In this document: positions 7,848 through 16,241 of the stretch, piece by piece
Layout of the letters: the number at the start of each line of letters is the position of its first letter
How positions within the stretch are numbered: the first letter of the stretch is position 1
Assembly (NCBI GenBank): GCA_048882385.1
Contig: JBHLRQ010000045.1
Location: forward strand, 1 to 23,955
Length of the DNA stretch: 23,955 bases
Direction: 5' to 3'
From: Candidatus Thorarchaeota archaeon
Lineage (GTDB): Archaea; Asgardarchaeota; Thorarchaeia; Thorarchaeales; Thorarchaeaceae
Position numbers and translations under genes: made by a program
The notes under the pieces: model-generated
Database searches by the model: none
Told to the model about the DNA's origin: nothing
What the model saw: the letters and a program-made list of their open reading frames with translations, nothing else

Positions 7848-10682
7848 ATGAGAGAACACATTAGTGTAAAGGGAGCTAGGACTAACAATCTTAGAAATAT
7901 CGATGTGGATATTCCGCGAGACCAGCTCACCGTGATTACAGGAGTGTCGGGATCCGGAAAGACTTCGCTAGCTTTTGACGTTATTTTTGCAGAAGGTCAA
8001 CGTAAGTTTTTCGAATCTATGTCAGCAACGTCTCGATCTATGCTACCAATGCTAGAACGAGCTGATGTTGACTCCATACTTGGACTCTCCCCTGTTGTTG
8101 CTATTGAGCAACGTACTGGAACACAGAATCCAAGATCTACAGTCGGGAGCATGACTGATATCTCCAGCTACATGAGAATCCTCTTCTCAGTGCTGGGTCA
8201 GGCACATTGTCCCTACTGCAACAAGAAGGTCCACACACGTAACGCAAACCAAATTGTTGATCACCTCATGACACTTCCCGAAGGGACACGTGTCGAGATT
8301 CTTGCACCCGTGAACAAGATCTATGATGAGGACTATCCCTACATGTTCGACGATATACGAACAAAGGGATACAAGAGAATCAAGATTGATGGAGAACCGT
8401 TCACAATCAGCGATAAGATAGACCTCGATGAAGCGAAAGACTATCGAATCGAAGTCGTTGTTGACCGTATCATCATCAAGAAGGATCTCTATCATCAGTT
8501 TGCAATATCAATTGAGAATGCAAAAGAAGTAGGTAGTGGGTTCATTAGATTCGAATTCTCAGATGAGAAGATTCCTGAGGATATCTTAGGTAAGTTCTAT
8601 GAGAACTTTGGATGTAAAGACCACCATATTGTGATGCACACCCTGCTACCAGGAGCCTTCTCTGCAAACCTGCCTGACAACGCATGTCCTACATGTCTGG
8701 GTATGGGTATGTTAATGAAGGCAGACGCACGGCTTGTAGTCGTCGACCCAAGAAAGGGTATGAACGATGGTGCACTGAAGTGGTGGGCTAAGTACTGGGC
8801 ATATAGCATAAGTCAGCACCTAGGGTTCGAATTGAAGACTCCATGGCAGGACTTGTCAAAGGATATCCAGGACCAGATCCTATTTGGCATAAGAAAGGAG
8901 TTCATCCTTCAAGAACCGCCAGACTGGCCAAACAAGTATCGTCATCGCAATGTCGGACAGAAGGTCCGATTTCTGGGCATCTGTAAATATATTGACAGAC
9001 ACTATAGGAATGACAGAAAGAAGGGAGAGCGATACGAGTGGTATCGAAAACTGATGACTGAACATACATGTCCTGATTGTCAGGGAAAGAAGCTCATTCC
9101 CCAGCGCTTGCTTGTCACAGTGGACGGTAGGAATATCGATGAGCTAGGTGAATACTTCATCAACCATCTACTCGAGTATGTGGACTCCATCAAGATTCCC
9201 AAAGGCAAAGAGAAGGCAGGAAACCAGGTCATCTCAGAGCTTAGGAAACGAATCCAGCTCCTGGATGACATCGGTCTTTACTACCTAAGGCTGAATCGTC
9301 GTGCCAGAACTTTGAGTGCTGGAGAAGCTCAGAGAATCAAGCTATCAACACAATTGGGCTCAGAACTCATGGGGATGTTGTATGTGCTCGATGAACCATC
9401 GATTGGGCTTCATATACGTGATAGCAACAGAATCATTGACATCCTCAAACGACTGCGAGATACAGGAAATACCGTTATTGTCATCGAACATGACTTGGAT
9501 ACTATTAAACAGGCAGACAATATCATTGAGATAGGACCAGGACCGGGTGTACATGGCGGCAAGATCATGGCGCAGGGAGTGTACGATGATGTCCTTGAGA
9601 ATCCGAAGTTCCTCACAGGTCACTACCTAACAGGGAAGAAGCAGATTCCATATCTTGGGAAAGCCCGAAAGCCCAATGGTAAATTCTTGAAGGTAATAGG
9701 TGCGAAGGAGAATAATCTGAAGAATCTGTCAGTTGAGTTCCCTCTCGGAGTTTTCATCTGCATTACAGGAGTTTCTGGGAGCGGGAAAAGCACACTGATT
9801 GAGGATGTCCTGGGAAAGAAGCTTATCCATGACATGAGAGACCTTCGAGTCATTCACGGCAAACTGGACAAGATAGAAGGTATGGAGAATGTAGTGGATG
9901 TACGGATTGTTGACCAGTCACCCATTGGAAGACATTCCAGGAGTATACCTGCAACCTATGTTGGATTCTTCGATAAGATACGACGAGTTTTCGCTGACAC
10001 TGAGATGGCAAATGAACGTGGCTACAAGATTGGAAGATTCAGTTACAACTCAACTGAAGGACGCTGTGCAGAGTGTAACGGAGAAGGTCTCGTTCGCATC
10101 GAGCTGCAGTACATGCCGGATATTCAGACCATCTGTCCTATCTGTAAAGGAGCTCGCTTCTCTGAAGAAGTCCTCGAGATTAAGTACAAGGGTAAGAATA
10201 TCGGTGACGTTCTGAACATGACTATCGAAGAGGCTAACAAGTTCTTCAAAGATACTCGACTCATCTACCACAAGACCAAGACCATGATGGAACTCGGTCT
10301 AGGATATCTCAAACTAGGACAGCCAGCACCAACATTGAGCGGCGGAGAATCGCAACGTATCAAGCTTGCAAAGGAACTTGGAAAACTCAAGAAACTGAAA
10401 GACAACCTCTACATTATGGATGAACCAAGTGTGGGCTTGCATATGGAAGATATCCAGATGCTTCTGAAGACTATCAACAAGCTTGTGGATGCAGGAAACA
10501 CTGTCATCGTAATCGAGCACCATCTAGACATCATTAAGTCAGCGGATTGGGTGATTGACTTGGGTCCAGAAGGTGGAGCTGAAGGCGGTGAGGTCATTGC
10601 TGAAGGAACTGTCGAAGACATCATCAAGTGTGAGAAGTCATACACTGGTCAGTTCCTCCAGAATGTTGTGGAGACCTCCTAG
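7848..10682 (+). CDS. uvrA: UvrA-family ABC ATPase (excinuclease subunit A-like, divergent)
   Basis: 944 aa. Two Walker A motifs ([18 protein letters not shown]), signatures [11 protein letters not shown] and [11 protein letters not shown], Walker [12 protein letters not shown] and [11 protein letters not shown]. Zn ligands CPYC/CKDH, CPTC/CPDC and CAEC/CPIC. SD GGGAGG 9 nt upstream. Confidence 0.95.
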   Translation: MREHISVKGARTNNLRNIDVDIPRDQLTVITGVSGSGKTSLAFDVIFAEGQRKFFESMSATSRSMLPMLERADVDSILGLSPVVAIEQRTGTQNPRSTVGSMTDISSYMRILFSVLGQAHCPYCNKKVHTRNANQIVDHLMTLPEGTRVEILAPVNKIYDEDYPYMFDDIRTKGYKRIKIDGEPFTISDKIDLDEAKDYRIEVVVDRIIIKKDLYHQFAISIENAKEVGSGFIRFEFSDEKIPEDILGKFYENFGCKDHHIVMHTLLPGAFSANLPDNACPTCLGMGMLMKADARLVVVDPRKGMNDGALKWWAKYWAYSISQHLGFELKTPWQDLSKDIQDQILFGIRKEFILQEPPDWPNKYRHRNVGQKVRFLGICKYIDRHYRNDRKKGERYEWYRKLMTEHTCPDCQGKKLIPQRLLVTVDGRNIDELGEYFINHLLEYVDSIKIPKGKEKAGNQVISELRKRIQLLDDIGLYYLRLNRRARTLSAGEAQRIKLSTQLGSELMGMLYVLDEPSIGLHIRDSNRIIDILKRLRDTGNTVIVIEHDLDTIKQADNIIEIGPGPGVHGGKIMAQGVYDDVLENPKFLTGHYLTGKKQIPYLGKARKPNGKFLKVIGAKENNLKNLSVEFPLGVFICITGVSGSGKSTLIEDVLGKKLIHDMRDLRVIHGKLDKIEGMENVVDVRIVDQSPIGRHSRSIPATYVGFFDKIRRVFADTEMANERGYKIGRFSYNSTEGRCAECNGEGLVRIELQYMPDIQTICPICKGARFSEEVLEIKYKGKNIGDVLNMTIEEANKFFKDTRLIYHKTKTMMELGLGYLKLGQPAPTLSGGESQRIKLAKELGKLKKLKDNLYIMDEPSVGLHMEDIQMLLKTINKLVDAGNTVIVIEHHLDIIKSADWVIDLGPEGGAEGGEVIAEGTVEDIIKCEKSYTGQFLQNVVETS

Positions 10683-10702
10683 GCCAACAGGAGCTGTTGT
10701 AC

Positions 10703-12598
10703 ATGGAAGATCCACAAGTTAGAAAGATGTTTGATGAAGCACTTAGTCGCTTCATCGAACAAGCAAAGGAGGATAGTAGGGTCCTCGCTATCATCATCTA
10801 TGGTAGTATGGCATATGATGAGGTCACCGAACGATCGAACATCAATGCCTATGTCATTGTCGACGAGGGACAACATCGGACAGCAAGACTCGTAGAGTAT
10901 GGTGTTCCAATAGATGTTGGGATCTATAACAAGAATGAGTTCATGAGAAGAATTCAGCATACGAGAGGAAGAGGAATATGGCAGGTCCTCACCTATAGCA
11001 AGCTGGTCTTCTCCAGAGATTGTTCATTCACAGACTGGTATAAGAACCGGAGTAAGAATGTCGGAGTGAGGGACAGAGGGTATCTTCAGATGTTGTACTT
11101 TATGGCTGTTAAATTCGACCTGCAGAAAGCTGAGAAGTATCTCTATATCAAAAACGACCTTGCTCATAGCTTTCACTTCTTCCTTCATGGACTCAGTGAA
11201 CTGGGGTATCTACTCTGTTATCTCAATGATGTCTGGCCACCCCGAGAAGTAATTCTGAAGGGGAGAGAGTTTCTCCCAGACCTGTTCCCGAAGCTCTTTG
11301 ACGACCTCATTGACACCGAGGTGACAAAGGAGTCTCTAGACAAAGCCATTAGAACAGCCTACGAATACATGGACTCCATAGACCTAGAGGTTCACAAACC
11401 AGTCCTTGATTTCATCTCAGATGAGGGAGGAACTGCATCACAGACAGATATCATGACGAGATTCGGTCTCAAAGGAATGGTCATCTTCGAGGCAGAACAT
11501 CTTCATCGAAGACGAATTCTACGACGCACAGTCACCCCAGTAAAGCTCACGAAAAAAGGTGTTGTAGAATACAACGAACCACTTTATCACTTTAGTTGGA
11601 ACTCATTCAATCCAGATGCTGTTAAACCAACGCGAGTTGGACCTGCTGATGTTGAGAGAGAACGTGTTCATGCAGACTATCAGAGCGCATTAGATGAACT
11701 TACTGAGAAATGTGAGAGGGACGAATATGTCCTCAACTTCATGGTATCCGGTAGCCTCTCCTATGACACAGTATGGGAAAAATCCGATATCGATTTCATG
11801 ATAGTCGTTAGAGACGAACCGTATGGAAGACGTCGTGGTTTTGTTGAGAAAGATGTCTTCATGGAAGGGGAGGTTGTGACTCGTGATTATTTCAGAAGAG
11901 GAACTAATAGGGTAAAAGACGGAAGTATCTTCCACTCGTACTTTTCAAAGAGTAAACTGCTTGTGTCTAAAGATGATTCGATCATGGACTATTATGAAGA
12001 TGTGAATAACATGGGTTCTCGAGATGTGGAAGACCTTCTGTTACTGAACTACATCTTCTGTAAGGATCTCATAAACAAGGCACACAAGGCACTCTATGTA
12101 AAGGATAATCCTCACTTTGCATTGAACTTCATAATGTCTGGGATTCGGAGAATGGCTAATATCGAAGTGCTCCTCAATAGAGGGATTCCACTACGAGAGT
12201 CTACAGTACAAGCACTAGAGTACAATCCCGAGTTCTTCAAGACCATATTCCTAGATATGGTTCATTCGCCTGAGAAGACCTGTGAGGTCGTTAGCGATGT
12301 TTTAGAGAAGATGGAGAACTACTTGGATGAACACTTGAAGCAATTCATACAACCTGTTCTTCGCTTGCTCGAGAAGAAGGAAGAGATAACACATTATGAA
12401 CTAAAGGACCACTTTATTGACATCTGGCTACCAGTGGACATGAGAGAGTTCGTCGAAAAGGGATTCATTCGACAGACAAAAGCTCCCTTCAGGTTTACAA
12501 AGAAAAGCTCTGCTGAGATGATTCAACCTGCATACCAACTGGCATCATCAAGGTCAGAGCACGAGATTGCGATGGATGAGGAGTGGAAGTTAGTATAG
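10703..12598 (+). CDS. Tandem two-module Pol-beta-superfamily nucleotidyltransferase-like protein (N-module degenerate, C-module with intact GS...DxD)
   Basis: Internal duplication of about 300 aa: YGSMAYDEVTERSNINAYVIV versus SGSLSYDTVWEKSDIDFMIVV. AGGAG at 10689-10693 lies 9 nt before ATG 10703 (the ORF track starts at TTG 10697). 20 nt after the uvrA stop. Confidence 0.8.
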   Translation: MEDPQVRKMFDEALSRFIEQAKEDSRVLAIIIYGSMAYDEVTERSNINAYVIVDEGQHRTARLVEYGVPIDVGIYNKNEFMRRIQHTRGRGIWQVLTYSKLVFSRDCSFTDWYKNRSKNVGVRDRGYLQMLYFMAVKFDLQKAEKYLYIKNDLAHSFHFFLHGLSELGYLLCYLNDVWPPREVILKGREFLPDLFPKLFDDLIDTEVTKESLDKAIRTAYEYMDSIDLEVHKPVLDFISDEGGTASQTDIMTRFGLKGMVIFEAEHLHRRRILRRTVTPVKLTKKGVVEYNEPLYHFSWNSFNPDAVKPTRVGPADVERERVHADYQSALDELTEKCERDEYVLNFMVSGSLSYDTVWEKSDIDFMIVVRDEPYGRRRGFVEKDVFMEGEVVTRDYFRRGTNRVKDGSIFHSYFSKSKLLVSKDDSIMDYYEDVNNMGSRDVEDLLLLNYIFCKDLINKAHKALYVKDNPHFALNFIMSGIRRMANIEVLLNRGIPLRESTVQALEYNPEFFKTIFLDMVHSPEKTCEVVSDVLEKMENYLDEHLKQFIQPVLRLLEKKEEITHYELKDHFIDIWLPVDMREFVEKGFIRQTKAPFRFTKKSSAEMIQPAYQLASSRSEHEIAMDEEWKLV

Positions 12599-12636
12599 AC
12601 TATGCAACAGAGTCCAGTGAATTAGCATGGGACATA

Positions 12637-12649
12637 CCTTCTTTCTTTC
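12637..12649 (+). terminator. Pyrimidine-rich tract, possible archaeal terminator for uvrA-NTase
   Basis: CCTTCTTTCTTTC about 40 nt after the stop at 12598. Confidence 0.3.
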
Positions 12650-12717
12650 AAACTTAGACCCGTGAATTTAACAGGCACAAATCATCAGGTAAACATCGCA
12701 TCGTGAGTTGAAAGAGA

Positions 12718-13860
12718 ATGCAGTATAGGACTCTAGGAAAAGCAGGTAACAAAGTATCTGCACTTGGATTTGGGTGTATGCGACTTCCAACTCTTGAAGA
12801 TGGAAAAATCAATAGAGAAGAAGCAATCAAACTCATCCGCAAAGGAATTGATAATGGAATAACATATGTGGACACAGCCTGGACCTACCACGGTGGGGAA
12901 AGTGAAGTCGTTGTTGGATTAGCATTAAAAGATGGTTATCGAGAAAGAGTCACTCTGGTGACAAAATGCCCAGTGGGTCGCTCCGAATTCACAGAACCTG
13001 AACATTATGATGAACATCTCAAGGAACAGCTTGAACGGTTGGATGTAGACCATGTAGATTATTACTTGTTTCACGCTCTAAACAAAAAGTCATTTGAGGA
13101 GAAAGTATTGGGTCTAAATCTAATAGAACGGGCATTGAAAGCAAAGGAAGATGGGAAAATCAAGCATATCGGATTCTCTTTTCATGACACTACAGAAGCT
13201 TTGAAAGAAATCATTGATTCTAGCCACTTCGAATTAATGCTAGTTCAATACAATATCGTTGACCAGGTAAATCATGATATGATCAATTACGCAGGGGAGA
13301 AAGGTCTCGCGGTGGCAACGATGGGATCTGTTGGTGGTGGTAGATTGGCAGGAAAGGATCTTCCTGAAGAAATGAAGAAATGGCTGACACCTGGTCGTAC
13401 AAACTTTGCAGACCTAGCTTTCAAGTTTGTGCTAAGCAATCCAAATGTTTCTGTGGCATTATCAGGCATGGGAACTGAAGAGATGCTGGATGATAACCTC
13501 AGTATTAATTCACGAGAAGATTATGATCAACTTTCTAAAAGAGAGAGGGAGTCCATTGACAGTATTGCAGCACGATTCAAAGAACTCTGTGACAACATAT
13601 GCACACAATGCAAGTATTGTCAGCCCTGTCCAAACGAGGTCAATATCAGCTTCATTTTCGAGCAACTTCAGCGCTATCAGATCTATGGTGATCAAGAGAA
13701 AGCGAAGCGCTACTATTCGATGATTGGAAAAGCTCCATGGGCTGCAGGAAAAGATGCATCAGCATGTGAACAGTGTGGTGATTGTCTAGAGAAGTGTCCT
13801 CAAAACATAGAAATCATTAACCAGCTAGAAAAAGCTCATGAAGTTCTCCAGAACAAATAG
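12718..13860 (+). CDS. Aldo/keto reductase with C-terminal 4Fe-4S dicluster domain (COG1453-type)
   Basis: YRTLGK..VSALGFGCMRLP, YVDTAWTY (catalytic D/Y), LVTK, YLFH, GKIKHIGFSFH. C-terminal CTQCKYCQPCP and CEQCGDCLEKCPQ. Confidence 0.92.
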   Translation: MQYRTLGKAGNKVSALGFGCMRLPTLEDGKINREEAIKLIRKGIDNGITYVDTAWTYHGGESEVVVGLALKDGYRERVTLVTKCPVGRSEFTEPEHYDEHLKEQLERLDVDHVDYYLFHALNKKSFEEKVLGLNLIERALKAKEDGKIKHIGFSFHDTTEALKEIIDSSHFELMLVQYNIVDQVNHDMINYAGEKGLAVATMGSVGGGRLAGKDLPEEMKKWLTPGRTNFADLAFKFVLSNPNVSVALSGMGTEEMLDDNLSINSREDYDQLSKRERESIDSIAARFKELCDNICTQCKYCQPCPNEVNISFIFEQLQRYQIYGDQEKAKRYYSMIGKAPWAAGKDASACEQCGDCLEKCPQNIEIINQLEKAHEVLQNK

Positions 13861-13880
13861 ATGACTTAGGAGTTCAAACA

Positions 13881-14924
13881 ATGGATGATGATATTGATAT
13901 TTCCAACCCTTTCTTCTCAAGAGTAGAGAGAGAATTTCGCAGATGGGCAAGAGATCATCCAGATCAGGTCTATTCTGCCCCTCCCGATGCACTACAGGAA
14001 GGGTTTGAGTACTTCTTCACAACTCGAGCAGACAAAATGCCCAATGGTGGACCTTCCATAAGAAGAGTTGGAATGTTGGGAGAACGAGGGATGCCAAGAC
14101 GTGCTATGCCAGCTCTCATAAGAACCATGCTTACAATAATGAGAGGAATGAGCACAAGTTGGAAAGAAACCAACAGATACCTGGATAATCTGGATCCTAT
14201 ACCATTTGAGCCCAAACCTGAATTGTGGTCCGAGCTGAGTGAATGGGTGGGAAGAAAATGGAATGATGTGATTCTGGCCTTCACCGAACTCCCTGAACAG
14301 ATGATCTTCAAGGGCAAATCGACTCTCTTCAAATATGCACTGGTCGTAGGACAAGAGATGAAGAAGAAGGAAATCGACTATGCACCAGGATATAAAGCAG
14401 GCAAAGAAGTAATGCGAGTCTATGGAAGCCTTGGAATCGTTGTTAATGACATAGCTCATTGGCTTCGAAAGAGGGGAGTGCGTTGTCAGAGCAACCATCC
14501 ACTAGGAGGTCTTACTAATACAACTTCTTTGGCTGGAAAAGCTGGGATGGGATGGCAAGGCCGCAACGGTCTCCTGATTACACCTGAATATGGTCAGCGA
14601 TTACGCTTGGCTCCAGTCTTTGTTGAGCACAAATATTTCGAATACACTGACAATCGAGACCATGATTGGATTGAAGAGTACTGCGAGCTATGTAAACGAT
14701 GCGAAAAGGAATGTCCTCAACAGGCTATCTATAGTGACAAAGTAGTCCGGATTGAAGATGTACCTGGGGTTGGATCGCTTAAGACATGTATTGACAGAGA
14801 CCTTTGCTTTGATTTCTTCTGGAAGACAATGGGATGCTCTGTATGTGTCAAAGTCTGTCCATTTTCAAAAGCAGGTGACACATACGAGAAACTCAAAGCT
14901 GTGGTAGAAAACAGGTGGGAGTAA
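13881..14924 (+). CDS. Reductive dehalogenase / epoxyqueuosine reductase (RdhA/QueG)-like cobalamin-Fe-S protein
   Basis: AGKAGMGWQGRNGLLITPEYGQRLRL, CELCKRCEKECPQQAI, C..C...GCSVCVKVCPF. SD AGGAG upstream, 20 nt after the AKR stop. No twin-arginine signal peptide followed by a hydrophobic region. Confidence 0.8.
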   Translation: MDDDIDISNPFFSRVEREFRRWARDHPDQVYSAPPDALQEGFEYFFTTRADKMPNGGPSIRRVGMLGERGMPRRAMPALIRTMLTIMRGMSTSWKETNRYLDNLDPIPFEPKPELWSELSEWVGRKWNDVILAFTELPEQMIFKGKSTLFKYALVVGQEMKKKEIDYAPGYKAGKEVMRVYGSLGIVVNDIAHWLRKRGVRCQSNHPLGGLTNTTSLAGKAGMGWQGRNGLLITPEYGQRLRLAPVFVEHKYFEYTDNRDHDWIEEYCELCKRCEKECPQQAIYSDKVVRIEDVPGVGSLKTCIDRDLCFDFFWKTMGCSVCVKVCPFSKAGDTYEKLKAVVENRWE

Positions 14925-14938
14925 AGAAGAAAATTAGA

Positions 14939-14963
14939 AGAGAAGAGAAAGAATCTCTTCTCT
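14939..14963. terminator. Perfect hairpin between convergent genes (possible bidirectional terminator)
   Basis: AGAGAAGAGA (14939-14948) pairs with TCTCTTCTCT (14954-14963) around a 5-nt loop. On the minus strand it is followed by a U/C-rich tract. Confidence 0.55.
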
Positions 14964-14980
14964 ATTTGCTAGCCTATTAA

Positions 14981-16048
14981 TTATCTACGTTTAATGACTA
15001 TTACTAAACCGATAACGAGAACTGCAGCTCCAATTGAAATTGGCACAAGATTATCCGCAAGAAATTCGGGAATTGGTAGTGGGTTTCCACCTACTAGAAG
15101 AAGGTTCTCAAAACCAATCTTGGGATCGTGTATAATCTCATTTCCCTGAGGATAGTTCAAGAATATCTCCTGCTCAGTTGCAGTGACTTCATGAATGCTT
15201 GAATTGACAGGATAGGTGGTTCCATCAATCTCAGCAAACTCCTTCCAAGAGAAGAATCCAGTAATATCTGTTAGCAAGACATCCATCTCAGCCTCACTGA
15301 CAGCTCTTCCCTCATCTTCATCCTCAGTTGAATCATCAAATGAGGTTTCCACTTCAGTACTGAGCTCGACTTTCAGAGCAAGCTGTGAGGAACCATCAGT
15401 GAAATTGAAATTCATGATCATGACATCAATCTTCACTTGAGTTGGAACGATAATCGAGCCATTGATTTCAGTGAAGTCTCCAACAGCATAGACCCTTGCA
15501 CCGAACACACCATCAGTGGTCAACACATCAATGATGTGAACTGGTCCATCAGCAGTGTTCTCAACAGTGTAAACAAGTGGTTCGAAGCTGACAAGTTCCA
15601 CTGTCTGAAGTTCAGTGTCAATTGAATCATCATAGATACCATTTCCATTGACATCAAGATACTCAACAAGTTCAACGAATTGAACCTCGAATTCTCGCTC
15701 AGTCTCATTAGTTGTGCTTTCAGTTTCAAACTCGACCTTAAACTCTGCACCATTGGGTCCAACCGCAACCTCAATTTTGAAGGAGTCTTCGGTTCCTCCA
15801 GACTCAAGTTCGGACTGTATTTCAACAAGCGAGGGTGATGTTACTACTGATACTTCTCGATCGTTGAGACCGTCATCCTCTGTTGTTGTTGAATCAGGGG
15901 TTTCAGTTTCGGTGGTTGTATTATCATCCTCTTCGGTCGTGGTATTATCATCAGTGGTCGTTGTCGCATTGACATTGACTGCTGTTGTTACCAGCATAAA
16001 GAGGAGCATTCCAAGAATGACTTTGTTAATCGTAGCGTGCTTCATCAT
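14981..16048 (-). CDS. Acidic secreted, C-terminally anchored surface glycoprotein
   Basis: N-terminal signal peptide (KVILGMLLFMLVTTAVNVNA), Thr/Asp/Glu-rich linker, many N-x-S/T sequons (NAT, NTT x2, NET, NGS, NFT, NSS), DVNGNGIYD motif, C-terminal TM helix ending in KRR. Confidence 0.8.
   Translation of the reverse strand: MMKHATINKVILGMLLFMLVTTAVNVNATTTTDDNTTTEEDDNTTTETETPDSTTTEDDGLNDREVSVVTSPSLVEIQSELESGGTEDSFKIEVAVGPNGAEFKVEFETESTTNETEREFEVQFVELVEYLDVNGNGIYDDSIDTELQTVELVSFEPLVYTVENTADGPVHIIDVLTTDGVFGARVYAVGDFTEINGSIIVPTQVKIDVMIMNFNFTDGSSQLALKVELSTEVETSFDDSTEDEDEGRAVSEAEMDVLLTDITGFFSWKEFAEIDGTTYPVNSSIHEVTATEQEIFLNYPQGNEIIHDPKIGFENLLLVGGNPLPIPEFLADNLVPISIGAAVLVIGLVIVIKRR
15908..15952. 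repeat. Two-copy 21-nt direct repeat (24-nt period) encoding DDNTTTE twice
   Basis: TTCGGTGGTTGTATTATCATC (15908-15928) and TTCGGTCGTGGTATTATCATC (15932-15952). Confidence 0.6.
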
Positions 16049-16079
16049 TGAATCACTGCTATGAGTGTGAAAATTATTG

Positions 16080-16086
16080 TATATAA
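16080..16086 (-). promoter_or_regulatory. Putative TATA box (TTATATA) for the surface protein gene
   Basis: TTATATA on the minus strand about 31 nt upstream of the ATG at 16048. Confidence 0.4.
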
Positions 16087-16241
16087 CGTATGTTAACCAA
16101 ACTAATAAAACGCTAATCGTAAAGTCGGCTCATAAACCCTTTTTTGTTGATTAAACCTTTATGACGCTTCATAATTATTCAAATTCGAAATATCTCTTTG
16201 GAAAACTAGATATACCGACAAAAAGCTAGGTACATCAGGTG

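Noticed and set aside
7840-7851. Micro-uORF ATG-AAT-GCA-TGA overlapping the uvrA start
   Set aside because: Only 1 nt from the SD and easily arises by chance; the SD spacing fits ATG 7848.
12654-12875. 73-aa minus-strand ORF near the AKR start
   Set aside because: Mostly antisense to the AKR gene, with no supporting signals.
10680-13860. Three consecutive genes ending in TAG (pyrrolysine readthrough?) and TGA stops elsewhere (selenocysteine?)
   Set aside because: The proteins look complete at these stops. I saw no domain interrupted by an in-frame stop and no convincing SECIS.
13992-14498. 168-aa antisense ORF (and the other short nested or antisense ORFs in the track)
   Set aside because: They overlap confidently assigned genes and show no recognisable motifs.
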